A DNA stretch of 62,374 nucleotides from a virus (lineage: Duplodnaviria; Caudoviricetes). Below are positions 48,022-55,692 of the stretch, piece after piece. Both the position numbers and the translations under genes were made by a program. Below the pieces are notes generated by a model, which saw only the letters and a list, made by a program, of their open reading frames with translations, searched no databases and had not been told where the DNA came from. The stretch's first letter is position 1. Each line of letters begins with the position of its first letter. The stretch is taken from IMG/VR virus record IMGVR_UViG_3300024249_000184, positions 1 to 62,374 of that record; one strand, written 5' to 3'.

Positions 48022-48366
48022 ATGAGAGAAATAAAATTTAGGGCATGGAATAAAGAACTCAATGTAATGATTCGTCCTGAAGGAGTGATGATGCTTCCTA
48101 AAGGCGATGGGGGTCAGCAAATGTCTGCGGGTGCGGGTTGGCAATATGAATTAATGCAATTCACAGGTCTCAAAGACAAAAACGGCAAAGAGATTTATGA
48201 AGGGGATTTAATTAAAATTGTAGATAGTCCGCTTTATACAGTCATTTGGCATTTTAACCGATTCATATTAAGAGGACATTCTACTCACGAATTTAGAAAA
48301 ATTGATGTTGATCATTTTTATCAGGTTGTCGGCAACATTTACGAAAATTCAGAATTACTAAAATGA
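48022..48366 (+). CDS. YopX-family protein
   Basis: MREIKFRAW...MQFTGLKDKNGKEIYEGD...VGNIYEN.ELL. Confidence 0.92.
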   Translation: MREIKFRAWNKELNVMIRPEGVMMLPKGDGGQQMSAGAGWQYELMQFTGLKDKNGKEIYEGDLIKIVDSPLYTVIWHFNRFILRGHSTHEFRKIDVDHFYQVVGNIYENSELLK

Positions 48367-49001
48367 ACGAAATTATCAAAGCCTCCGACTTGGAGCATTT
48401 GCTATCAAAAAAATATAGCTGGCCAGCGTGGATATTCCTGCCACAGGTTAGAAGCACAACAGGTTTCGCCAGTCCTATAAGGACGGCGGACGGCATCGCA
48501 ATCAATACTTATCCCAGCCGAGGTTTTGAAGTAAATGCCTTTGAGATAAAAATATCCCGCTCTGATTGGCTGGTAGAATTAAAAAATGTAGAAAAGGCCG
48601 ATGAGATTTTTAAATTCTGTAATAAGTTTTGGATAGTAGCGGCCAATAAAGATATCGTAAAAGTCGGCGAACTACCCCCAGGCTGGGGATTGATGTATCC
48701 GCGGGCTAACGGCCTCGGCACAGCCGTTCAATCCCTAAATCACGAAAGCATTGTTAACATGGGCTTTGTCTGCGCTTTACTCCGCCGTGCCACAGAAGGT
48801 ATGATATCGGCCACTACGGTAAAGCAGGAATTATCGGAGCAATACAGGCGCGGGCAGAAAAGTCGTGATTATGAATTTGAGGCGGCTACTAAACGGCGCG
48901 ATGAACTTTATGAAGTTATTAAAAACTTTGAGGAAGCTTCAGGGATAAAGATTGAGAAGTGGAACGGCGATCATGATGCGACAACAGTCGGCATGCTTTA
49001 A
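48363..49001 (+). CDS. MmcB-like PD-(D/E)XK nuclease-domain protein (C-terminus continues in the -1 frame to 49132)
   Basis: R.ADGIA...PSRG....FEIK.SRSDWL.EL...ELPPGWGL. Confidence 0.75.
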   Translation: MNEIIKASDLEHLLSKKYSWPAWIFLPQVRSTTGFASPIRTADGIAINTYPSRGFEVNAFEIKISRSDWLVELKNVEKADEIFKFCNKFWIVAANKDIVKVGELPPGWGLMYPRANGLGTAVQSLNHESIVNMGFVCALLRRATEGMISATTVKQELSEQYRRGQKSRDYEFEAATKRRDELYEVIKNFEEASGIKIEKWNGDHDATTVGML

Positions 49002-49118
49002 AACGAGTTCTGGCTGGGGAGAAGTTTGATATCAAATGGAATTTAGAAAATGCGGAATCAACTTTACAGCACGCCATAGACGACATTAACAAAACGCGCA
49101 ATGCGTTAGGGTATAAAA

Positions 49119-49298
49119 ATGCAGGGCAATAAAGGCGAATGGAATAACAGGAACTCGGATGTGCAGGGAGTGTTCGCGCGCAAAAGAGCCATCTGCCAAG
49201 ACTGCCGCAAAAAATTTGATGTGCGCCCTTGGGATGATAAATTTAAGCGCGAGCATTGCCCAAAATGCAGGAAAGATTATAAAGACGAAATATTATGA
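49119..49298 (+). CDS. 59-aa CxxC zinc-ribbon protein
   Basis: CQDC...CPKC. Confidence 0.6.
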   Translation: MQGNKGEWNNRNSDVQGVFARKRAICQDCRKKFDVRPWDDKFKREHCPKCRKDYKDEIL

Positions 49299-49486
49299 CC
49301 GAAAAACAATTAAAATTAAAAGCATTTTATGAGGACAAGGCGAATTGGCGGCCGCCGTCATATTCGCAGATAGCAAGATATATGGGCTGGAAATCAAAGC
49401 GCAGTGCTTCCGAGATGCTGAAAAGAATTTACTCCGATGAAGATTTGTCCAAAATGCGGCATGGAAGTGGAAGCACTGACCTATGA
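49295..49486 (+). CDS. LexA-like DNA-binding domain protein
   Basis: MTEKQ...PPSY.QIA..MG.KS. Confidence 0.7.
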   Translation: MTEKQLKLKAFYEDKANWRPPSYSQIARYMGWKSKRSASEMLKRIYSDEDLSKMRHGSGSTDL

Positions 49487-49709
49487 CCACCGCGTGCCGA
49501 AATGGTTTTTAAGCCGAATGTCCTACTTTGGATTTTCCAAGCTGAAAGAAAGCAAACTGCGAAAACACAATATTGAAATGCTAAGGCAGATGATTTGTGT
49601 TAAATGCAATACGGCCAAAGGTGGTAAAATAGATTGGGACGACCCTTTGGTAAAACAATTTATGTTTGAATTGGTGCAAGCAATAATGGATAAATTAAAT
49701 ATCTTATGA
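49437..49709 (+). CDS. small HNH-type protein
   Basis: CPKCG...T.DH.VP...C.KCN..KG. Confidence 0.7.
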   Translation: MKICPKCGMEVEALTYDHRVPKWFLSRMSYFGFSKLKESKLRKHNIEMLRQMICVKCNTAKGGKIDWDDPLVKQFMFELVQAIMDKLNIL

Positions 49710-49912
49710 CAAGTTTTGGATTGGAAGTTTACAATCAATGGATAGCGAATTTTGCTGGCGGATTTAATTTTTTACAATTCAGCATTTTTACCTATGAAAG
49801 GTTTAAATGCGGAAATTGTGATAAAATCCACGAGATGATGAGCAGTAGCCTAATAATTTTGGGAGTGGGGTTAAGGTTCTCAATTTTATACGAAGGCGAC
49901 GATGCTAAGTAA
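49706..49912 (+). CDS. hypothetical protein
   Basis: ATGA-coupled. Confidence 0.55.
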   Translation: MTSFGLEVYNQWIANFAGGFNFLQFSIFTYERFKCGNCDKIHEMMSSSLIILGVGLRFSILYEGDDAK

Positions 49913-50267
49913 TCCGTTTCCGCCACGGGTTCGTTCCATGTATCTTTACGTCTTTGCCTGTTTTAACTGCGGGCGTTCAGATAAGGGACTAGAACTCCAT
50001 CATATTTTCGGCCGCGAAAGCCCTGCGGCTTTTAATGCTTGCCCCCTGTGCAGGGTTTGCCACGCGGCCGTTACCAACAGCAATGAGGAACGGGCGCGTT
50101 TTTTCTTTAAGAATGTGGAATTTTTGCTGGACAACCACTACGAATTACAGCCCGATGATTTGGCGGTGGTGGCCAAGCACCCATTTTTAATTGAGACCGA
50201 AGCCTACAAAAGAATCTTTGATACGAACGGCGATGTGGATAAGAACCTATTAAATTACCCAAAATAG
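49902..50267 (+). CDS. HNH-like zinc nuclease
   Basis: CFNCG...ELHHI.GR...N..PLC..CH. Confidence 0.7.
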   Translation: MLSNPFPPRVRSMYLYVFACFNCGRSDKGLELHHIFGRESPAAFNACPLCRVCHAAVTNSNEERARFFFKNVEFLLDNHYELQPDDLAVVAKHPFLIETEAYKRIFDTNGDVDKNLLNYPK

Positions 50268-50281
50268 GGGTATAATATAAT

Positions 50282-50620
50282 ATGGGTATAAATATCTCGC
50301 AGAACAAATACCACAATGTCCGAACGGAGTATAACGGCCGTTGGTTCGCCTCAAAATTAGAAGCCAGCCACGCCAGAGATTTGGATTTAATGCGCCGCGC
50401 GCAAGACCCAACTCAAAAAGTCGTGGCCGTGAACTATCAGTATCGGATACCCGTTAAAGTTAATGGGGTGTTGATTTGCCATTATGTCGCCGACTTTTAT
50501 GTAATGTTTGAGGACGGGCATAAGGAAATTCACGAAACCAAAGGCGTCAGGACAGCGGTATATTTAATTAAGAAAAGATTAGTTGAAGCAATTTACGGAG
50601 AAAAGATTTTAGAATTTTAA
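50282..50620 (+). CDS. DUF1064-like endonuclease/resolvase
   Basis: NKY.N....G..F.SK.EA...Y.ADF...E.KG..T.VY..K. Confidence 0.85.
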   Translation: MGINISQNKYHNVRTEYNGRWFASKLEASHARDLDLMRRAQDPTQKVVAVNYQYRIPVKVNGVLICHYVADFYVMFEDGHKEIHETKGVRTAVYLIKKRLVEAIYGEKILEF

Positions 50621-50694
50621 CGCGGGGTGGAGTAGGAGTCGCTCGGCGGTCTCATAATCCGCACACGCAGGTGCAAATCCTGCCCCCGCCACCA
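50621..50694 (+). tRNA. tRNA-Met(CAU), initiator-like
   Basis: Cloverleaf: CGCGGGG/CCCCGCC, GAGT/GCTC, GCGGT-CTCATAA-TCCGC, GCAGG-TGCAAAT-CCTGC, ACCA end. Confidence 0.85.
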
Positions 50695-50698
50695 AACT

Positions 50699-50935
50699 AT
50701 GGCCAATAAAGCACAAAAAGCAATAGTGTCCCTTGATCACCCTGTTCGGAGAGAAATCCGCAGGGGTTTAGTTAAACATGGCAAAGTTAAAGTAGTGGGC
50801 TTGGGTATTTTTGAAACCCGCAAGATTCCCGCACGTCGCGGTCGCAATCCGCAAACCAGCAAAATAGTTATGATTCCTAGCTATCTTAAAATCAAATTCC
50901 GTCCTACTAAGGCGTTAAAAGAAGCTGTCTGCTAA
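50699..50935 (+). CDS. HU/IHF-like DNA-binding protein
   Basis: V...GLG.F.....AR.GRNPQT.....I......KF.P.K.LKEAV. Confidence 0.9.
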   Translation: MANKAQKAIVSLDHPVRREIRRGLVKHGKVKVVGLGIFETRKIPARRGRNPQTSKIVMIPSYLKIKFRPTKALKEAVC

Positions 50936-52146
50936 TGCAACAAATTTCTTACCTCCCAACCGAACAACTTAAATTGCATCCGCAAAATCCTCGGCGTATT
51001 GACGAGAAGCAGATGCAAATTTTGTGCGACAGCATTAAAGCTAACCCCGATTATTTTGAAACCCGCCCTATCCTTTGTAATAAGGATATGGTGGTATTTG
51101 CAGGTAATATGCGTTTACTGGCCGCCCAGCGATTGGCATTAAAAGAAGTGCCTGTGGCCGTTATGGATATATCGGAAGAACGACAGAGAGAGCTGATGAT
51201 TAGGGACAACCGCTCTAACGGATTATGGGATTTTGATTTGCTTGGTAATAATTTTGATGTAGACAATTTACTTAAATGGGGCTTCAACGAGAAAGAATTA
51301 CTCGGAAGCCCTTTTGATTTTTTTCCAAATTCCGACAAGGATGAGAAAATGCCCGACATGCCCAATACCCCCCCCATTGCCCAATTAGGTGATGTGTATA
51401 TTTTAGGCAACCATAGATTGATGTGCGGCGATAGCACCAACCTAGATGATGTGCAAAAGTTAATGAACGGGCAAAGCGCCGACATGCTATTTACAGATCC
51501 GCCTTATAACATTGCTTATGAACAGCTTAATATGATGAGGGAAGGTGCTAAGGATTGGTCTAAAGAATCTGAATGGAAAGATAAAATGACTGATGAGCAG
51601 TTCCAGCAATTTTTGATAACTATATTAACGAATGCCAAAACGGTATTAAAAGAGTTTGCCCATTTCTATGTATGGTTTGCATTTAAATTTTATAAGGAAT
51701 TAGTGATAGCTTTTGATTCTAACGAAATTCATTACGACAAAGTTCCATTGATTTGGAAAAAGCAAACCGTGCCATTAAGCTGGGCGCGCTACCACAGAAA
51801 TTACGAACCCTGCTTATTCGGGGGCAAGGAAACTATCACGGCCAAGAACGGCGGTCGTTGGTTTGGTCCTAATAATGAAACCACGGTTTGGGAAATAAAT
51901 ACTGATAGCAATATTTCTTACGTTCATCCGACACAAAAGCCCACGGCACTTGCCGAACGTGCTATTAAAAATAGCAGTCAGGAAAATGAAATCATTTTAG
52001 ATTTATTTGGAGGCTCGGGATCCACATTAATCGCCTGTGAAAAAACTAAGCGTATTTCCTTTACAATGGAATTAGACCCTCACTACGTGGACGTGATTGT
52101 AAAAAGATGGGAAGAATATACCAAACAAACGGCGATAAAGGCATAA
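50935..52146 (+). CDS. ParB-like domain fused to N6/N4 DNA methyltransferase
   Basis: NPR...AGNMR; HRLMCGDST; TDPPYN; HPTQKP; DLFGGSGST. Confidence 0.92.
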   Translation: MQQISYLPTEQLKLHPQNPRRIDEKQMQILCDSIKANPDYFETRPILCNKDMVVFAGNMRLLAAQRLALKEVPVAVMDISEERQRELMIRDNRSNGLWDFDLLGNNFDVDNLLKWGFNEKELLGSPFDFFPNSDKDEKMPDMPNTPPIAQLGDVYILGNHRLMCGDSTNLDDVQKLMNGQSADMLFTDPPYNIAYEQLNMMREGAKDWSKESEWKDKMTDEQFQQFLITILTNAKTVLKEFAHFYVWFAFKFYKELVIAFDSNEIHYDKVPLIWKKQTVPLSWARYHRNYEPCLFGGKETITAKNGGRWFGPNNETTVWEINTDSNISYVHPTQKPTALAERAIKNSSQENEIILDLFGGSGSTLIACEKTKRISFTMELDPHYVDVIVKRWEEYTKQTAIKA

Positions 52147-52225
52147 GGAGTGGATAACTTTAAAAATTCCGCTTGAACTTACAAGAAAATCTTTGAGAAA
52201 ATCGGCATATTTTGGTCTATTTTGC

Positions 52226-52254
52226 TTGCGTAATTACCCTATATAGGCTATTAT
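52226..52254 (+). promoter_or_regulatory. palindrome promoter of the cassette/RNA unit
   Basis: TTGCGT-17 bp-TATTAT; CCCTATATAGGC 52237-52248. Confidence 0.7.
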
Positions 52255-52266
52255 ATATGTAGGGTA

Positions 52267-52551
52267 TGTTCTTTAACAACTTAAGCCGATTGGAAAGGGA
52301 AAATATGAACGTCAAAAAAACACAAATGAGTGTCCTAGAGGTTTATAGAATGGTTTTAGAACAAGCAGATTTTTGGAGGGAGCAGGCAAAAAAAAGTCCT
52401 GACGATAGATACACCACTTCAGAAAGGGGATTAAGAGAAGCGATGGCGGGAGAATTATATGCGGTTGCCGCCAATTTAGAAAGAACCCCCGAAGTTAATC
52501 CAACTAAGTAAACTAATTTATCGGCTTAAGTTGCTAGGGTGAAAATCCTAG
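52267..52551 (+). other. gene cassette wrapper 1 (boxA-like, 14-bp IR, GNRA hairpin)
   Basis: TGTTCTTTAACAA; CAACTTAAGCCGAT 52277-52290 / ATCGGCTTAAGTTG 52520-52533; CTAGGGT-GAAA-ATCCTAG. Confidence 0.8.
52305..52511 (+). CDS. hypothetical protein (cassette 1 cargo)
   Basis: GAAAGGG RBS then ATG 52305. Confidence 0.75.
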   Translation: MNVKKTQMSVLEVYRMVLEQADFWREQAKKSPDDRYTTSERGLREAMAGELYAVAANLERTPEVNPTK

Positions 52552-52553
52552 AT

Positions 52554-53017
52554 TGTTCCTTAACAACTTAATAAGCGGATTGGAAAGGGAAAAATGAATT
52601 TTATTGAAACCAATTTAAATCCAACAGGCAAAAGAGTTAACGATTGTGTGGTGCGAGCTATAATGAAAGCCACAAATTATACTTGGCGAACGGTTTATGC
52701 GGGACTAACGGGATTAGGCAATGATTTATATCGGTTGCCTAATGAGAAAGAAGTTTACCACCTTTATTTAAAACAACTCGGGTGGGAAAAACAACCGATG
52801 CCAAGACACGAAAATCGCAAACGCTATACCGTAATAGAATTTGCCGCAGAGAATCCTGTAGGCACATTCGTAATATCGGTTGCCAATCACTTAACGGTAT
52901 TGGTTGACGGCAATCTATATGATACATGGAATTGCAGTCGCAAGTGCTTAGGCAATTATTGGAAACGAAAATAAACTAATTTATCCGCTTATTAAGCTGT
53001 GAGGGTGCAAACCTTCA
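52554..53017 (+). other. gene cassette wrapper 2
   Basis: TGTTCCTTAACAA; CTTAATAAGCGGAT 52567-52580 / ATCCGCTTATTAAG 52983-52996; TGAGGGT-GCAA-ACCTTCA. Confidence 0.8.
52594..52974 (+). CDS. small putative papain-fold (Cys-His-Asp) protein (cassette 2 cargo)
   Basis: DCVVRAI...H...DG..YDTW. Confidence 0.65.
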   Translation: MNFIETNLNPTGKRVNDCVVRAIMKATNYTWRTVYAGLTGLGNDLYRLPNEKEVYHLYLKQLGWEKQPMPRHENRKRYTVIEFAAENPVGTFVISVANHLTVLVDGNLYDTWNCSRKCLGNYWKRK

Positions 53018-53340
53018 GAGGTGGCGAGTATTTGGCAAGATAGCTCGTGATTGCCTTTAACAGCGAGGTTATTGGTAATATTCGCCCCCTTTCCAAAATA
53101 AGGTTCGTTGATTTGTTGCTCTCTGGATAAGCTCGTAAAACCTAAGGCCGAAAGGCTATGGAGATAGCGAGATGCAGACAAAAATGCGAAGTAGCCGTTA
53201 AGGGGCGAAAGCATAGAGTTGCCTTAATCAACTCTTCCCGACGACAGGGAGCAGGGAATCAGCGAACCGCAAGGTGTATAATAATTTGGGAGTATGGTGT
53301 GCAAAATCGGTAGCCTTAAAACCATCCGACTTCCCACGTT
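53018..53340 (+). ncRNA. large structured RNA of unknown family
   Basis: Long-range helices with G-U pairs, GNRA loops, and the CCUAAG/UAUGG tetraloop receptor at 53141-53161; ends approximate. Confidence 0.75.
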
Positions 53341-53396
53341 CGGCCTGATGGCCAAAGCGTCTGGAAATAAAATGTGCCAGCTCTCACGTAAAATCT

Positions 53397-53534
53397 ATGA
53401 AGGAAATTTTTAAAGAATGGAGTTTGTATGTATTTGCTGTAGGCATTATTTTACTTGCTATCGGTATTGAGATTTTTAGATACAAAGTTTGCATGAGTTT
53501 TGCCCATAATCACCTATACTGCTTATTACATTAA
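53397..53534 (+). CDS. 45-aa membrane protein
   Basis: One TM segment. Confidence 0.5.
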   Translation: MKEIFKEWSLYVFAVGIILLAIGIEIFRYKVCMSFAHNHLYCLLH

Positions 53535-53612
53535 TCCTATTAAATTCAGTCCTCACAGAGTATAATTATATTGTAAGGTTAACCTTAATAATTAAGCGAA
53601 AGGAATCTTCCT

Positions 53613-53762
53613 ATGCCTATTGACTCTGCCGCGTTTAACGCGGAATTGCAGGCCTTGGCAGACAAATACCAAGTTCATATCACGGGAAAAGCGACACCTG
53701 TCAATCCCGATGAAGATGACTTTGATATTACTGCACAAGCGGTCACGCCTCCTGCGGCCTAA
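53613..53762 (+). CDS. 49-aa hypothetical protein
   Basis: GAAAGGA RBS; followed by a terminator. Confidence 0.65.
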   Translation: MPIDSAAFNAELQALADKYQVHITGKATPVNPDEDDFDITAQAVTPPAA

Positions 53763-53768
53763 AAGGTT

Positions 53769-53803
53769 GGGGCTGTTTAACAACAGCCCCTTTCTATTTT
53801 TTT
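53769..53803 (+). terminator. intrinsic terminator
   Basis: GGGGCTGTT-TAAC-AACAGCCCC-TTTCTATTTT. Confidence 0.8.
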
Positions 53804-53813
53804 AAATAAAATT

Positions 53814-54257
53814 ATGTTCTTATCTTATTCACAACGTGATCCCAAGTGGGCAGATACAAAAATGGGCAGTAGTAATTTAACTATTGGTCGCTATGGTTGC
53901 ACCACCACCAGCATTGCAGACCTGTCTACTTATTTTGGCGACAACTTAACCCCTTATCAAGTTTCCCAAACTATAAGTTATATTCAAGGCTTAGTTATCT
54001 GGACGACCTGTAAATTTACAAAGTTTCATTTTTTAAATCGTGAACGACTCCGAAGCGATATCAATATCAAAGCCGCATTAGATGACCCGAACAGAGCGGT
54101 AATTTTAAACGTGGCCAATGGTTCACATTGGGTAGTGGCAACGGGCTGGGATAATATCAATAAAGTTTTTAAAATCGCAGACCCGTGGATCGGGGACAGA
54201 AGCGATATGCGCCGATATAATAACAACATTACTGGCGCGGCTTATTTTGGGAGATAA
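53814..54257 (+). CDS. peptidase C39-like protein (candidate endolysin)
   Basis: YSQRD..W...GC..TS...HWVV...IADPW. Confidence 0.85.
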   Translation: MFLSYSQRDPKWADTKMGSSNLTIGRYGCTTTSIADLSTYFGDNLTPYQVSQTISYIQGLVIWTTCKFTKFHFLNRERLRSDINIKAALDDPNRAVILNVANGSHWVVATGWDNINKVFKIADPWIGDRSDMRRYNNNITGAAYFGR

Positions 54258-54425
54258 TATGGCACACGAACAACCAGAACGAATAAAAGAATTATTGGAA
54301 AAAGAAAAAAACGGCACGCTAAATGCCGCCGATTTTGAAGAGCTGAAAAGATATCGTGAAAATCCGCAAGGACACGGATAACATTATAATTAAGTGCTAT
54401 AAAATCGTTTAGAGGGCGGAGGGGT

Positions 54426-55109
54426 TTGAGGGAACGTAAACGACTGTCAGCATTTGAGGCAAAATGTATAAACTTTCTTAAAAAGCTCCTGCTGTTCTTG
54501 CTTATGAGCCTGTATTTAATAGGCTGGTTCGCGATAAGAACCGCGGCTGACGCTCCAACTCAACCACCTCAACAATTAGATTTTTTACCAGACATCTTAC
54601 AAAATGCATCAAGCACTATATGCACAAGTGGGGGAAATGACCAGCCTGCGACTGGATGCGCAAGTCCCGTTCATTTGGAAGTTCCTAAACATGCCACCAC
54701 GACAGCTAAAAGGCTACCGACTGGACATTCTACCCGTTCCGAAAAAACGGTATCAGCCGACTCTTTACAGCAATACCTCCAAAGGAATAATAGCCCTCTT
54801 GCGGACTATGCGCCGCAAATCGCTAGTTCGTCATATTCCAGTCTCATCATCGGGATCTGTGCGATTGAACAATATAATTGCACCCGCGCGCCGAACTACA
54901 ACTATTGGGGACTTATGGGCAAAACTGGATTACAGAAGTTCTCAAATATGGGACAAGGTATTCAAGCGATAGATAGTTTTTTAACCAAGGCCGAGAATAA
55001 TGGGCGAACAACCGTAGAATCTTTCCGCGGTTGGTATTGCCAATCGGCCTGCACAAATTGGGAAAGCACCGTATTGAAAGTAAAAGCTCAGGTTGAAGCA
55101 CTACCATAG
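54426..55109 (+). CDS. membrane-anchored glucosaminidase/lysozyme-like protein
   Basis: N-terminal TM; L..YL...NSPLA.YA...AIE...NYWG...Y....NW. Confidence 0.6.
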   Translation: MRERKRLSAFEAKCINFLKKLLLFLLMSLYLIGWFAIRTAADAPTQPPQQLDFLPDILQNASSTICTSGGNDQPATGCASPVHLEVPKHATTTAKRLPTGHSTRSEKTVSADSLQQYLQRNNSPLADYAPQIASSSYSSLIIGICAIEQYNCTRAPNYNYWGLMGKTGLQKFSNMGQGIQAIDSFLTKAENNGRTTVESFRGWYCQSACTNWESTVLKVKAQVEALP

Positions 55110-55164
55110 CGGCGTGGCCGCCTAACTTTATAAAACCAAAACAAACAGGGTATCTCCCAGCAAC

Positions 55165-55218
55165 AACAGGCTTTAATGGTAGCCTGTTTTTGCTTTACTC
55201 CCTATTTAGGGTTATAAT
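55165..55218 (+). promoter_or_regulatory. terminator overlapping a palindrome promoter
   Basis: AACAGGCT...AGCCTGTTTT; TTGCTT-17 bp-TATAAT; CCCTATTTAGGG 55200-55211. Confidence 0.7.
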
Positions 55219-55224
55219 ATGCCT

Positions 55225-55692
55225 ATGATTCCCGAAATAGAAAAAGAATTTTTGTTAGAAAGCAACGCCATTGAGGGCGTATTTGACCATACCAGCTTTT
55301 TACAAGCCCGCTATGCGTGGGAGTATTTAAAAAGTCAAAAGGAAATGTCCTCGCATGTTGTTTTAAAGACGCATAAAATTTTAATGCTCAAGCAACCTTT
55401 ACAGCCTGATGAAAAAGGCTATTTTAGAAAAGTGCCTGTATATATCGGCGGCCACCAAGCATTAAACCATAGCGCGGTAAAAGAGCGTATGCATATTTGG
55501 TGTCTCAATGCTTTTATCCACCCGCAATATTGGAAAGAGCATCACGTTGAATATGAAAAAATCCACCCGTTTGTTGACGGCAACGGCCGCACGGGTAGAA
55601 TGTTTATGAATTGGGAACGCTTAAAAGCTGGTCTCCCAATTTTGGTAATTAAGGCTGACGAACGCCACGAATATTATAAATGGTTTGCATAA
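55225..55692 (+). CDS. Fic-domain protein
   Basis: Canonical HPFVDGNGRTGR; N-terminal SNAIEG inhibitory-type motif. Confidence 0.93.
   Translation: MIPEIEKEFLLESNAIEGVFDHTSFLQARYAWEYLKSQKEMSSHVVLKTHKILMLKQPLQPDEKGYFRKVPVYIGGHQALNHSAVKERMHIWCLNAFIHPQYWKEHHVEYEKIHPFVDGNGRTGRMFMNWERLKAGLPILVIKADERHEYYKWFA

Noticed and set aside
49295-49486. Lysogeny module
   Set aside because: Only an isolated LexA-like DNA-binding domain; no integrase, ParA or divergent repressor pair.
52267-53017. Integron attC array or CRISPR mini-array
   Set aside because: The inverted repeats enclose the ORFs rather than lying between them. No integrase or cas operon is present, and there are no equal-length spacers.
53000-53390. 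Group II intron, group I intron, RNase P, tmRNA or hammerhead ribozyme
   Set aside because: There is some resemblance to group II domain I (GGGTG.AA, GAAGTAGC.GTTA), but I saw no domain V, no group I R/S elements, no GAGGAAAGUC, no tRNA-like ends and no complete CUGAUGA/GAAA core.
53620-53805. 61-aa ORF from the track
   Set aside because: An alternative frame (53613-53762) has the RBS and ends just before the terminator that this ORF runs through.
54604-54972. 122-aa + strand ORF nested in the glucosaminidase-like gene
   Set aside because: No motif or start signal, unlike the nested methyltransferase chain.
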